64,000 bases of DNA, from positions 13,457 to 77,456 of the IMG/VR virus record IMGVR_UViG_3300032229_000588; one strand, 5' to 3'. A program made the translations under genes and the position numbers. Below, piece after piece: positions 50,687 through 61,179 of the stretch. Under the pieces are notes generated by a model. The model was not told the origin of the DNA and ran no database searches. It worked only from the letters and a program-made list of their open reading frames with translations. Every line of letters starts with the position of its first letter. Positions within the stretch are counted from its first letter, which is position 1. The DNA comes from a virus.

Positions 50687-51279
50687 GAATTGGAATAGAA
50701 TTAAATGGTGTGTTAAGAGATACCTTGAAGAAAATTCAACAGGAATATGAAAAATGGTATTTAGAAAATCCTTTTAAAGAAGAAGAGGAAAAATCAGAAT
50801 ACGAAGTAATTTCAGACTTAACTACTTTAGATATTAGGTCTCATCTTAAATTTAAAGATGAAGACGAATTGTATAATTTTTTATACAAAGAACACACCAT
50901 GGAAATTTTTGGTCATGCAGGTTCAGTTGAGACATCAAGTATGATGGACTTCAATAATTTTTATTTGGATATGAGGGATAATCACGATATTTTAATCGTA
51001 TCAGATGAAATGGGTAAATCAAAACCTGCATCATTATTCTTTATTTCTAAATTTGGATGTTTGGTTGAAACAGTAAAATTTTACAGTGAATCAACAATTA
51101 ATTCTCTTTGGGACTCTGTAGACGTTTTACTTACGGCTAATCCTAAACTATTATTAGATTATCCAAAAGATAAAACAATCATAAAATACGAAACGACGTA
51201 CAACAAAGATATCGAAGTTGAGCATTTTATAACAACATTTAAAGATTTAAACAAAAAAATAACAGAGCTATATGATTAA
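50683..51279 (+). CDS. 5'(3')-deoxyribonucleotidase-like HAD protein, degenerate
   Basis: MRIGIELNGVLRD (DxDGV changed to ExNGV), EIFGHA, YN near the C-terminus. Confidence 0.5.
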   Translation: MRIGIELNGVLRDTLKKIQQEYEKWYLENPFKEEEEKSEYEVISDLTTLDIRSHLKFKDEDELYNFLYKEHTMEIFGHAGSVETSSMMDFNNFYLDMRDNHDILIVSDEMGKSKPASLFFISKFGCLVETVKFYSESTINSLWDSVDVLLTANPKLLLDYPKDKTIIKYETTYNKDIEVEHFITTFKDLNKKITELYD

Positions 51280-51556
51280 GGTATTAGGAGAAAATTATTA
51301 TATCGATTTAGATAAAGTAGAAGAATATCTCGATATGTCATCTCAATATGAAAATGACGAAACAATGTCGGGAGAATCAGAAACAAAAATTAACATTATC
51401 AAATTTGAAATGGTTAAAATGTTAATGGACACAGTATTAACTGAACATGAAGAGATTGACGAAAAATTAGGATTAAAATCAAGCACAAATACAAGTATAC
51501 CTTTCAGACTAGCATTTAACAGCTTATTAAATAAAAAACTTATAAATCACTATTAA
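51272..51556 (+). CDS. Hypothetical protein
   Basis: 94-aa coupled ORF. Confidence 0.55.
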   Translation: MIKVLGENYYIDLDKVEEYLDMSSQYENDETMSGESETKINIIKFEMVKMLMDTVLTEHEEIDEKLGLKSSTNTSIPFRLAFNSLLNKKLINHY

Positions 51557-51557
51557 T

Positions 51558-52610
51558 ATGGACTCATCGTTAAACGAAAAAGTAAAACTATCAATTCAAA
51601 ATCTAAGAGATAAGAAATCAAGAATCTATTTCTTAGTACAAGACACTAAAGGTAACGCCAGAGCATCTGTTAGATTAATCTATCAGATGGCAAAATCTTT
51701 ATTGGATTCAGGATTTAATCCAATCATCTTACACGAAAAAACTGACTATGCGGGTGTAGTTGCGTGGATGGATGAGGAATATATGTCAATCCCTCACAGA
51801 GCAATTGAAGGTCAAAATTTAGAAATTGCACCTGAAGATTTTATCGTAATTCCTGAAATCTTTGGTTTTATTATGGAACAAATTAAAAATCTTCCATGTG
51901 GTAAAATTGTGTTAACTCAAAACTATTCTCACATTGTTGAAACATTACAACCTGGTCAAAATTGGGCTCAGTATGGTTTCTTTAAGTGTGTTACCACAAC
52001 AAAAAAACAACAGGAATATATCGAAAATGTTATGAGACAAAGCAGTTTTGATATCGTAAAACCTTTAATCACTGAAAATTTCTATCCAAAAGAATTACCC
52101 CCAATGCCAATCATTGGTGTTCATACTAAAGAACAAGAAGACACAATTAACATTATCAAAACTTTTTATTTAAAATTCCCACAATATCGTTGGTTTACCT
52201 TTAGAGATTTAAGAGGTCTTTCAGAAAAAGAATTTGGTAATTCTTTACGTGAATGTTTTGTTAGTGTTTGGATGGACGAACAAAGTGGGTTTGGTACCTT
52301 CCCATTAGAATCAATGGCGTCAGGTGTACCTGTAATCGGTAAAGTACCTTATTTACAACCTGAATGGATGAATGAGGATAATGGTGTTTGGTTGACGGAC
52401 CCAAATTTAATTTCAGATTTTATCGCAGACTTTATTCAAAATTGGTTGGAAGATAATATCAAACCTGAATTATACGAAAACATGAAAAAAACCGCAGAAC
52501 AATATATGAATAAACAAGAATTTGATTCAACTGTAACTTCATTATTTGAAGGATATTTAACAACACGAGCAAATTCATTTGAAGAACAAATTTCTAAAAC
52601 CGAAGAATAA
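51558..52610 (+). CDS. GT-B glycosyltransferase-like protein
   Basis: DF.VIPE; W.D..SGFGTFPLESMASGVPVIG. Confidence 0.65.
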   Translation: MDSSLNEKVKLSIQNLRDKKSRIYFLVQDTKGNARASVRLIYQMAKSLLDSGFNPIILHEKTDYAGVVAWMDEEYMSIPHRAIEGQNLEIAPEDFIVIPEIFGFIMEQIKNLPCGKIVLTQNYSHIVETLQPGQNWAQYGFFKCVTTTKKQQEYIENVMRQSSFDIVKPLITENFYPKELPPMPIIGVHTKEQEDTINIIKTFYLKFPQYRWFTFRDLRGLSEKEFGNSLRECFVSVWMDEQSGFGTFPLESMASGVPVIGKVPYLQPEWMNEDNGVWLTDPNLISDFIADFIQNWLEDNIKPELYENMKKTAEQYMNKQEFDSTVTSLFEGYLTTRANSFEEQISKTEE

Positions 52611-52611
52611 T

Positions 52612-53418
52612 ATGAATACTAATTTATCACTATCAGTAATATTACCAATTAAATCATCTAAAGCAAGAAACTTTGATGAGTATTTTGAAAAGGCAATTAC
52701 GTCTATTAAAACTCAAACCGTAGGAATTGAAGAGTTGGTTATTGTACATAGCTCTGAAGAGTCTTTGGTAGAATTTTTAAACTCTTATGATTTTGGAGAT
52801 TTAAACGTCACTAAACTATTGTGGGATAAAGACCCAAGTTATTGTGACCAAGTTAATTATGGTATCAGTCAATCTAAAGGTACTTGGATTTCATTATTTG
52901 AATTTGATGACGAATACTCATCAATTTGGTTTAAAAATGTTAAAAAATATATTGAGTCTTACCCTAATGTACAAGCATTTTTACCTGTTGTTGTTGAAAC
53001 AGACGAAAAGGGTGTATTTGCAGGATTTACTAATGAAGCTACTTTTGCGGCTAATTTCACACAAGAAATGGGATACTTAACAAATGAAACCCTTCAAGAC
53101 TACCAAAATTTCCAAACCGCAGGTTGTGTTATTAAGAAATCAATCATTGAAGATTTTGGAGGATTTAAGTCGTCAATTAAATTAACGTTTGTTTATGAAT
53201 TTTTACTTAGATTAACTTACAATTCAGTATCAATAATGACAATTCCAAAACTTGGTTATAAACATACCAATATGAGAGAAGGTTCTATTTTTTGGAATTA
53301 TAAGTTTGGTGAAGATAAAATGTTAGAAGACGAAGTTAAATTTTGGGTTCAAACTGCAAAAAAAGAATATTTCTTTGTAAATGATAGAAACATAAAATAT
53401 CAATCAGAAAATGTATAA
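52612..53418 (+). CDS. GT2-like glycosyltransferase
   Basis: SVILPI, W.S.FEFDD, GGFK, YEFLLRL, GYKH. Likely ATG 52612. Confidence 0.65.
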   Translation: MNTNLSLSVILPIKSSKARNFDEYFEKAITSIKTQTVGIEELVIVHSSEESLVEFLNSYDFGDLNVTKLLWDKDPSYCDQVNYGISQSKGTWISLFEFDDEYSSIWFKNVKKYIESYPNVQAFLPVVVETDEKGVFAGFTNEATFAANFTQEMGYLTNETLQDYQNFQTAGCVIKKSIIEDFGGFKSSIKLTFVYEFLLRLTYNSVSIMTIPKLGYKHTNMREGSIFWNYKFGEDKMLEDEVKFWVQTAKKEYFFVNDRNIKYQSENV

Positions 53419-54167
53419 TGTCAGAAACTCTATCTGCAACAACAGAAGATGTTTCATCCAAAAAAAGAGGTAGAAAAACGGTAAATGTAAATTATTTTGA
53501 TGTTAGAGAAGAGGATGCGGTTAGAAGTTTTTTATTAGCCGAAACTTCAGAAGAAAAAAACAAAATATATAACGAATACTTACGAGGACCTCTCGATAAG
53601 ATGATTTCATCAATTATACGAAGGTATAAACTATATCGTAAAGATATGGATTTTACTGAAATTCATTGTGATACTCATTCTTTTTTAATGACAAAGGTTG
53701 ACAAGTTTAAACCGTCAAAGGAAAAGAAAGCCTACTCTTATTTTGGAACTATATGTAAAAACTATTTGATGGGTCAAATCATCAAAGACCAAAAAGAAAT
53801 TAATAGAAAGGTATCGTATGAAGATATGTCGGCTAGTATTGAAGAACGACCTGACATGATGTATCGTATAGATGAGGAAGTTATTGACACCACAGTAATT
53901 ATTGCACAATATTTAAAAGAGTTACGAGATTTTATTGAGGTTGAAAACTTAAATGAAAATGAAGTAAAACTTGGTTATGCATTAATCGACTTATTTGAAA
54001 ATTACGAATCTATTTTCTCCAGTGCGGATAATAACAAATTTAATAAAAATGTTATTCTTTTATCGTTAAGAGAGATGACAAATTTAAGTACAAAAGAAAT
54101 ACGTAGTTCAATTAAAAGATTTAAGAAACTATATATTTTGATTCAATCTAAAATGAAAACAGATTAA
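53418..54167 (+). CDS. gp55-like late-transcription sigma factor
   Basis: NYF, KM..SII..Y, KFKPSKEKKAYSYFGTICKNY resembles the sigma region 2 / gp55 F.P.K...FAYFT.I motif. Confidence 0.6.
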   Translation: MSETLSATTEDVSSKKRGRKTVNVNYFDVREEDAVRSFLLAETSEEKNKIYNEYLRGPLDKMISSIIRRYKLYRKDMDFTEIHCDTHSFLMTKVDKFKPSKEKKAYSYFGTICKNYLMGQIIKDQKEINRKVSYEDMSASIEERPDMMYRIDEEVIDTTVIIAQYLKELRDFIEVENLNENEVKLGYALIDLFENYESIFSSADNNKFNKNVILLSLREMTNLSTKEIRSSIKRFKKLYILIQSKMKTD

Positions 54168-54182
54168 AAAGTATTTATAGAT

Positions 54183-54551
54183 ATGCCGAGACCTCAACGT
54201 AAAGAAATTAATTTTAGTAAAGATTCTATTTTATCTTTAATGCAGGAAATCTATAACGAACTTGTAGAACAAAGACAAACTGCAATTAGAATCCAAAATA
54301 AAATGTTGTCCATGTTAAAAGACCCAACTGACATGATGACAATTGGTCCCGTAATTGAGAAACAACAGAAAATCGTAAACGAGTGTGTTGAGAAGAAAAT
54401 TAGTTTATCTAAACTACAATCAAGTATTTGGGAAAAATCAAATAATAACAATACCGAATCTTTTTCACTTGCAGATTTGGATGACGACTTAATTCAAAAT
54501 CTGATTGACAAGGATGTTTCAAACGATGAAGAATCGTACAAAATGAAGTAA
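54183..54551 (+). CDS. Hypothetical protein
   Basis: 122-aa helical ORF behind TATTTATA. Confidence 0.55.
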   Translation: MPRPQRKEINFSKDSILSLMQEIYNELVEQRQTAIRIQNKMLSMLKDPTDMMTIGPVIEKQQKIVNECVEKKISLSKLQSSIWEKSNNNNTESFSLADLDDDLIQNLIDKDVSNDEESYKMK

Positions 54552-54552
54552 C

Positions 54553-56649
54553 ATGCCAATAGATTTAAATCAAGGATATGGTGATGCTAAAAGTCAAATA
54601 TCTTCAATCAAAACATTCATTGAAGTTTCAAAATCCGCAAAAGGATTAAAAAGTACTGCAGGTAATTCTGAATCACAAGGAATACCCGATATTGCATCAG
54701 GTTTAAATAAAATTGCGACTCAACAAAAAAGGTATTTAAGACAACCACCAAACTCATTCAGTCAATTATTAGATATGATTGGATTAGCGAATGGTTCTGG
54801 TTCATCCACATTAGATTATTTAAAAAGGACATTACTACAAACTGTAACAAAAATTGAACCTGACATTAAAAGAATTATTAGTCAAGAGGCGATTCGTGCG
54901 TTAGGTTGTTCTCAAGAGCAGACCTTTGAAGGATTTACGTCTTCTCAACTAGAGTTAACTCCATTAGAAACTTTACCTGTTGGTCAAGGGATTTACATCC
55001 CTGTACAATCTATAGATATTGCTAGTATTTTGAAAATTAATACCAATTCAAAATTAGGTAAATTAATCTATGAAAAACCAATACCAAGTGTTACGCCAAA
55101 TCAATTTAGACCTTATGGTGGATTAACACCATTCCCAATGAATAAAGAATTTAACTTAAGACTAGAAGGTCCAAATTCCTCAAATTCATATAAGGGTCAA
55201 TACGGTAAATTTTATCAGGGCATATCAGGTCAAGACTTATTCGATTTTCAATATAGCCCAACTAATCAGTTTGGTGTTGACCAAGCATGTTATAGGGTTG
55301 CGTTAATATCTAAAGTTAATCCAACCGCAACAATTACTGGAGGTACTGAAAATAAAGTTGTTGATTTTTTAGAAGATTACTATGCAACTATTAAGTTATT
55401 TGATACGGTGGATTTTACCGCAAATCTAATGAACATACTTTCAGGTGCAATATCTATTAAGGCGAATTTGGGTTCAGATGAAATAGAAAAACAGTCCCAA
55501 TTTTTGTTAATATTACAAAGAATATTAGGTTTGTGTTTTGATTCAAGACGAGAAATTGATGTTAGTGGAGTATCTAAAATTGCGGAACTTGATGGGGTGG
55601 ATGAATCATTTTTTGAATTAACTGAAGTAGATTTAAGAAACATTGATTTAAGAATTAATAACATCCAAAATGGTGTTATGGAGTTTCAAGATTGTGATAA
55701 CGTTAAATTACCTGTAGATTTTGAAACTATTGTTGATGAATTAATTAATTTTAGAGAAAACGATAATCTAACCACAGAAGAACAAGTTCAAAATATTGTT
55801 GACATAACTAACTCTTTATTTGAAAATCCTGATTGGAGTGCATTGTTACCAACAAATATTGACTTACAAATTGCGGTTAATAAAGACGTTATCAAACAAA
55901 TTCCAATCGCAGTTGCGGGGTCAGTATTAAGTCCAAAAGTATTATTCCCAATCTTTGTATTATTAAGAGTAATCCAAAATGATTCGACTGGTTTATATAA
56001 TCAAGCGGTCACATCCGCAAATACCTACACCCAAAGCGGTAATACAGTTTTTGGTCAGGTTAATAATATAGTTAACAACCAAGTTGATTTTTTAAAAACA
56101 TTCGAATCGTTTAACATCCAAGTCACATCTAAGATTGGTTCAATTTTTATTAAACAACTTTTTGAATTATTGAAGAGAGACATTATTATGTTAATATCTT
56201 CGGTCGTTAAAGATATCGCAAAGGGTAGGTTAGAAAAAAAATATTTAACAATTCAAAGACTAACTGATATTGCATTAATAATTCAACAAGTTGTTAGAGG
56301 TGTTGATGATTATAGAAAATGTAAATCATTAGTTGATGATATTTTAATAATATTAAAACTATTAAGTGGTTTAGCACCTCCAGGTTCTAAATTACCTGCT
56401 CCGTTATTACTATTAACACAATTTTTACCAGGTACGTCAGCCGAAAGGTCAACTATAAATGTAATTAAAGAATTACAGTCCCTTGGAATCCCGACAGGTA
56501 CTTTACCCGACGGTTCACCAAATTTAATGTTATTATATAATTTAGCATCAAATATAGGGGTAGAAAAAGAAGAGGCTCAAAATGGTACTGTTGATGCTCT
56601 TGGAATTAGTGCTGCAGGACCTGTTGAGGTATACGCAAAAAAGAGATAA
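54553..56649 (+). CDS. Large hypothetical protein, probably baseplate-associated
   Basis: 698 aa in the late unit upstream of the gp5-like gene. Confidence 0.45.
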   Translation: MPIDLNQGYGDAKSQISSIKTFIEVSKSAKGLKSTAGNSESQGIPDIASGLNKIATQQKRYLRQPPNSFSQLLDMIGLANGSGSSTLDYLKRTLLQTVTKIEPDIKRIISQEAIRALGCSQEQTFEGFTSSQLELTPLETLPVGQGIYIPVQSIDIASILKINTNSKLGKLIYEKPIPSVTPNQFRPYGGLTPFPMNKEFNLRLEGPNSSNSYKGQYGKFYQGISGQDLFDFQYSPTNQFGVDQACYRVALISKVNPTATITGGTENKVVDFLEDYYATIKLFDTVDFTANLMNILSGAISIKANLGSDEIEKQSQFLLILQRILGLCFDSRREIDVSGVSKIAELDGVDESFFELTEVDLRNIDLRINNIQNGVMEFQDCDNVKLPVDFETIVDELINFRENDNLTTEEQVQNIVDITNSLFENPDWSALLPTNIDLQIAVNKDVIKQIPIAVAGSVLSPKVLFPIFVLLRVIQNDSTGLYNQAVTSANTYTQSGNTVFGQVNNIVNNQVDFLKTFESFNIQVTSKIGSIFIKQLFELLKRDIIMLISSVVKDIAKGRLEKKYLTIQRLTDIALIIQQVVRGVDDYRKCKSLVDDILIILKLLSGLAPPGSKLPAPLLLLTQFLPGTSAERSTINVIKELQSLGIPTGTLPDGSPNLMLLYNLASNIGVEKEEAQNGTVDALGISAAGPVEVYAKKR

Positions 56650-56650
56650 G

Positions 56651-56854
56651 ATGAATAAAGAAGAATTTGAAAACATCATCAAATTACAGAGTGATTTGAA
56701 GGACCAACCAAACTCAAAATTAATTGAGGTTATGGATAAGTTAACAACCGAGTTTGACTTAACTAAAGAAAGTATTATTAATTCAACTTTATATTTAGAT
56801 AAGGTTGAAGAACTTTATAATAATATGTTAAAAGAATATCAATCAAGAAAATGA
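56651..56854 (+). CDS. Small coiled-coil hypothetical protein
   Basis: Likely ATG 56651 (MNKEEF); overlaps the next start. Confidence 0.5.
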   Translation: MNKEEFENIIKLQSDLKDQPNSKLIEVMDKLTTEFDLTKESIINSTLYLDKVEELYNNMLKEYQSRK

Positions 56855-58383
56855 TGCAGGACAACACAATGTTTTTTCAGGTAACCGTAATGGACAATCA
56901 AGACCCAATGATGTTGGGTAGAATCCGTGCAAAGTTACTTATTGATAATTATGATGACATTGTTAGGTCAATTACAGACCCACCATGGAATGAAGAGAAG
57001 GACGCTTGGACAACAAGAGACCCTTTTGTTTTTAGTCCTCTTATGCCATATTTCATGTATCAAGTACCAAAGCCAACAGAGATGGCTCAGATACTTTACG
57101 TGAACAAAGATTTTAAGTATCAAAACCAATACTACATACAAAATACATTTTCAAGTCCAACAACAACAGGATATGAATTTTATCAAGGTGGAAATAAATT
57201 TACAGGTACTGGTACACAATTAAAAAATCCAAAACCTTTAAAAAACCAAGATGGTACTTATACAGACCAAGCAGTACACAAAGGTGTTTTCCCCGAGCCA
57301 GGTGATAATGCTTTATTGGGTCGTGGAAGCGCCGATGTTGTTGTAAAACAAGATGAGGTTTTAATTAGAGCGGGTAAGTTTAAAGGTACTCAACTACAAC
57401 CAAATATTGTACCTGTAGGTAATCAACAGAGGGGGTTCTTACAACTTTCAAGATTTAATCAATCAAAGGTTCCATTACCTAGTAAAACAGTTGTGCAGAC
57501 AAACGAAGTAACTGTCCAAGTAAAATATTTAATAGAATGGACAATAACTAATCCTGAAAATACTCAGGACAAATTTGCGGGCTCAGTTTATCTTTATCAA
57601 TTAAAACCTGATTTATCAACTAATTCAAAAAATTTAACTGTTGGTACTCAAGTTAATGAGAGTCTTAAATCATTGGTTGCATATGAGTCATTCACTTTAC
57701 TATCAAAGTCTGAGGTTATTAAATTCATTAATGATTTTATTAAGACTTGTAACAGTGGAACTAAGACTGTATCTGGTACTCAATTATTTACTAGCGAACA
57801 AAATAAGTTCCCTATTTTTTATAGACCAAACAATTTAACCTATTCTCAAATTACATCGTCATCAGTAACGGGAGCAACTGCGTCAGATTCGTACACAAAC
57901 GTTTTATCAATATTTAATCAAATAAAGTTATATCCAGCACTTAAACAAGGTGGTTATGGGTTAATATATGCCAAGAATAGAGTTGGGAAACCTATTGAGT
58001 TTAAAACAACCGTTGTTCCTCAACAAACCTACTTAAATTCTCAATCCACTTATGGTGCATTGGCAAGTGATACCCTTTATTTGTTATCTCAACTATCTTC
58101 AATACCTGGTAAAGGGAAAATAAATTTTGACGATACTTTATACGGTATTTCGTTAGATAAATTTGTTGATGAGTTACTACCAAAAACATCAAGTTTAGTT
58201 AGAGGTGAAGAACTTTTAGAGTTACTTAATTTAATTGTTAGGTTCTTAACCACACACACTCACGCGTATCCAGGATTACCTCCAGTACCAGTTACTCAAG
58301 ACGGTTCAAATGTCGCCGACATACTAACGGAGATGCAAAATGCCTACACAAAAATTCTTAATGCGAATATTCGACTTAATTGA
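56851..58383 (+). CDS. gp5/VgrG-like baseplate hub-spike
   Basis: N-terminal OB-fold V.DNQDP..LGRIRA, P...E, LGRG..D; C-terminal LVRGEEL...HTHAYPG (HxH tip). Confidence 0.7.
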   Translation: MMQDNTMFFQVTVMDNQDPMMLGRIRAKLLIDNYDDIVRSITDPPWNEEKDAWTTRDPFVFSPLMPYFMYQVPKPTEMAQILYVNKDFKYQNQYYIQNTFSSPTTTGYEFYQGGNKFTGTGTQLKNPKPLKNQDGTYTDQAVHKGVFPEPGDNALLGRGSADVVVKQDEVLIRAGKFKGTQLQPNIVPVGNQQRGFLQLSRFNQSKVPLPSKTVVQTNEVTVQVKYLIEWTITNPENTQDKFAGSVYLYQLKPDLSTNSKNLTVGTQVNESLKSLVAYESFTLLSKSEVIKFINDFIKTCNSGTKTVSGTQLFTSEQNKFPIFYRPNNLTYSQITSSSVTGATASDSYTNVLSIFNQIKLYPALKQGGYGLIYAKNRVGKPIEFKTTVVPQQTYLNSQSTYGALASDTLYLLSQLSSIPGKGKINFDDTLYGISLDKFVDELLPKTSSLVRGEELLELLNLIVRFLTTHTHAYPGLPPVPVTQDGSNVADILTEMQNAYTKILNANIRLN

Positions 58384-58403
58384 TATTTATATTAAAAAGA
58401 TTA

Positions 58404-59903
58404 ATGTCAATTCTAAGGTCGTACGTAAACAAGAATAATACAATCATATCCAATTCATATGTAAACACGGGTAGAAACCCTGTTATTGAATTGAATTTTG
58501 GTGCTTCAGATTATATAGTTCCCAATTTTGGATACAGTCGTTTATTGTTTGATTTAGACTTAGAATTACTACGTCAGAACATTGCCGAGGGTATTATATC
58601 TACAGGATGTACCACAGGTATGACTCACGTTCTTCAAATGACAAACACCTCATCATTTGATAATGAACTGTTAAATACGTTCATGTCAAACGAAAGAAGA
58701 AGAGCAACATCATTTGATTTAATCTTATTTAGAATCCCTAAAACATCAGGTTCAACAGGTAATCCACAATATTGGGACGAAGGTGTTGGATATGACTACA
58801 ACGATTTTAATTTAACCAAGAATAGTGCTCAGGGAGGTTCTACACCATTAACTTATGTTGATAGTAGAGCATTCTCAACAAGACCATCAAACTGGTATCA
58901 AACAACAACATTAAGTGGTTGGTCTCAATCAGGAGTATATAACAATAAGAATGAGGGTTCTGTTAATTTTTCAGGTTTAACAATTGTTGCAAGACAACAC
59001 TTTGAATTTGGTAATGAAGACATCAATATGGATATGTCTGATGAAATTAACGGAATATTAAATGGTACAATCACTGGTGTTACTGGTTGGGGGATTGCAT
59101 ATCTACCACAAATAGAAAACATCACAGGATTGACTGACAGTTACAGTGTGGCGTTCTTTTCAAGACATACACAAACTTTCTATCAACCATTCCTTCAGAC
59201 AACTTACGACGACTTAATTAAAGATGACCGAAACATATTCTTAAAAAATCAAACAAACAGATTATATCTTTATGTTTATCAAAATGGAGATTTTGTAAAT
59301 TTAGATTCAGACCCTGTTGTTAGAATTGAAGACCGTTTGGGTCATGCGGTTGATGGTATGGCAACATTACCAACATGTTTAAGAACTAAAGGTGTGTATG
59401 AAGTAATTGTTCCGAACGGATTTACAGGGGCAACTCCATGTATGTTTTATGATATTTGGTCAGGACTTACAATTAACGGACAAGCATTGCCAAACGTAAC
59501 CAATCAATTTGTATTACAACAGTACACTGCAGGTATTCAAATTGGTTCAACATCAAAAGACCCAAGTCGATTTGGATTTGAGTTCTATGGTATTTTACAA
59601 GACGAACAAATCCTTAATTCTGATATCAGAAAAGTTGGGGTTACAATTAAACGAGCATATACTGCTCAAGCACCTCTTGAGGATGTGTCAGCATTTTATC
59701 GTATATATGTTAAGGAAGGAACAACTGAAGTTCAGGTACAAGATTGGACTCCAATTAACAGAACACCTAACGAGTACTACTTTATGTTTGACACAAGAGA
59801 TAAAATACCAAATCAATATTACGTAGATATTCAAGTGAATACTTCAGGTAATAAAGATACTTATAAGAAAGAATTAACATTCAGTATCGTAAACAAAAAA
59901 TAA
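58404..59903 (+). CDS. Hypothetical virion structural protein
   Basis: Likely ATG 58404 (MSILRSY), 13 nt after TATTTAT; NTGRNP..EL, SRLLFDL, WDEGVG, FFSRHT.T.Y.P. Confidence 0.55.
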   Translation: MSILRSYVNKNNTIISNSYVNTGRNPVIELNFGASDYIVPNFGYSRLLFDLDLELLRQNIAEGIISTGCTTGMTHVLQMTNTSSFDNELLNTFMSNERRRATSFDLILFRIPKTSGSTGNPQYWDEGVGYDYNDFNLTKNSAQGGSTPLTYVDSRAFSTRPSNWYQTTTLSGWSQSGVYNNKNEGSVNFSGLTIVARQHFEFGNEDINMDMSDEINGILNGTITGVTGWGIAYLPQIENITGLTDSYSVAFFSRHTQTFYQPFLQTTYDDLIKDDRNIFLKNQTNRLYLYVYQNGDFVNLDSDPVVRIEDRLGHAVDGMATLPTCLRTKGVYEVIVPNGFTGATPCMFYDIWSGLTINGQALPNVTNQFVLQQYTAGIQIGSTSKDPSRFGFEFYGILQDEQILNSDIRKVGVTIKRAYTAQAPLEDVSAFYRIYVKEGTTEVQVQDWTPINRTPNEYYFMFDTRDKIPNQYYVDIQVNTSGNKDTYKKELTFSIVNKK

Positions 59904-59904
59904 T

Positions 59905-60396
59905 ATGAAATCAGTAAAATTAACCGAATCAGACTTAAATAGAATTATTAGAAAAGTCCTATTTGAAGGGGACCGTGAAATGATGTCCAATAGATATATG
60001 TTCTTTTCAAATTTACAACAAATGAGAAGACAGTGTGGGCTACTATTGAATTTAGATGAGTCCATGGTTACAGAAATTTTAAATAATGGTCATGATTGGG
60101 CAGATGACCATATTACAGAAGCCAAAAATAATTTAGACCAAGTTTTTGATTTCATGATGAATGAAACAAAAAAAGACGGGATGGAACTTTCTATGGATGT
60201 TGAAGATAAAGACATGGCAATGATGGAAGGTAGAAAGAAAACAGGTACAAAACTTTGTGCAAGAGGTAAGGCAGCAGCTAAAGCTAAATTTGACGTGTAC
60301 CCTTCAGCATACGCTAATGGATATGCGGTACAGGTTTGTAAAGGTAAGATGCCAGGAACTGACGGTAAAAAACACTGTTCAGGGGCTTATTGTTAA
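59905..60396 (+). CDS. Hypothetical protein with LTESDL leader and basic C-terminal 'YPSAYANG' domain
   Basis: MKSVKLTESDLNRIIRKVLFE; KLCARGKAAAKAKFDVYPSAYANGYAVQVCKG. Confidence 0.55.
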   Translation: MKSVKLTESDLNRIIRKVLFEGDREMMSNRYMFFSNLQQMRRQCGLLLNLDESMVTEILNNGHDWADDHITEAKNNLDQVFDFMMNETKKDGMELSMDVEDKDMAMMEGRKKTGTKLCARGKAAAKAKFDVYPSAYANGYAVQVCKGKMPGTDGKKHCSGAYC

Positions 60397-60413
60397 TTTT
60401 TTTTCACTACTTA

Positions 60414-60445
60414 TTGTTTTTATCCAAAAAAAGGTTTTATCTTTG
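60414..60445 (+). promoter_or_regulatory. Bacteroidota sigma-A-type promoter (-33 TTG / -7 TATCTTTG)
   Basis: TTG 60414-60416, 21-nt spacer, TATCTTTG 60438-60445, ATG at 60468. Confidence 0.6.
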
Positions 60446-60467
60446 TCGTAAATACTGACACAAGATT

Positions 60468-60869
60468 ATGAAAAACCTTTCTCACAAATTACGAAGAGCA
60501 ATCCAAAAATCATTTATTAAGTTAAAGAGATTATCAACACCACCTGTTGAAAGGTCGGCTCATGAACGTGATTGCATTGCAATTTGTAAAAAACTAATTG
60601 ATTTAGAAGACACCATTCTACTTCTTACACCTCTATCGGATAAACGATATATTCGAAATGAAGAGCACGAAATTTTTGTTATCTTAGAAGGATACAACGT
60701 GAAGGTGATTAATCACGTTTATTCTTATACCGTTTATTTAGAACAAGATTCGTGGAGAAATATTATCTCCATATTTGATAATGAAGTAGAGAGACGACGT
60801 TTAGTCTTTGAAAAAGAAATTACGTCTAACATTAAACATTCACTCCAAAGTATATTACACAAGATATAA
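60468..60869 (+). CDS. Hypothetical protein
   Basis: 133-aa ORF behind a host-type promoter. Confidence 0.6.
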   Translation: MKNLSHKLRRAIQKSFIKLKRLSTPPVERSAHERDCIAICKKLIDLEDTILLLTPLSDKRYIRNEEHEIFVILEGYNVKVINHVYSYTVYLEQDSWRNIISIFDNEVERRRLVFEKEITSNIKHSLQSILHKI

Positions 60870-61174
60870 TGAAACAAAGCCCTTTTAAAATGACATTTAT
60901 TTTCGGATTAATTATGTTTTTAGTTCCGATTTTTTTGGTCAGTTTAATTTTATTATTTAACTTTGTTGGGAAGTCAAAATCAAATAAAGACATTCAACCA
61001 AAACAAGAAATAATTTTTGAACCTGACAATATAATAGACCATGACACCGTTTATATTGAAAGACCAAAGGTAAAACCAAAACAAGTGGCAAAACCAACAC
61101 CTGATACGGTTACACCTAACATAGTAATACCTAATTCTGAAACAATTACAGATACGTTAAACCTTAAAAAATAA
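60869..61174 (+). CDS. Single-pass membrane protein
   Basis: N-terminal hydrophobic helix (FIFGLIMFLVPIFLVSLILLF); DTVYIE motif. Confidence 0.6.
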   Translation: MKQSPFKMTFIFGLIMFLVPIFLVSLILLFNFVGKSKSNKDIQPKQEIIFEPDNIIDHDTVYIERPKVKPKQVAKPTPDTVTPNIVIPNSETITDTLNLKK

Positions 61175-61179
61175 CTAAA

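Noticed and set aside
37226-53418. Glycosyltransferases as a DNA hypermodification pathway
   Set aside because: No hydroxymethylase, TET/JBP or base-modifying synthase is recognisable in the window, and GT10/11/25/60 act on glycans or proteins. It cannot be excluded for the 51558/52612 pair.
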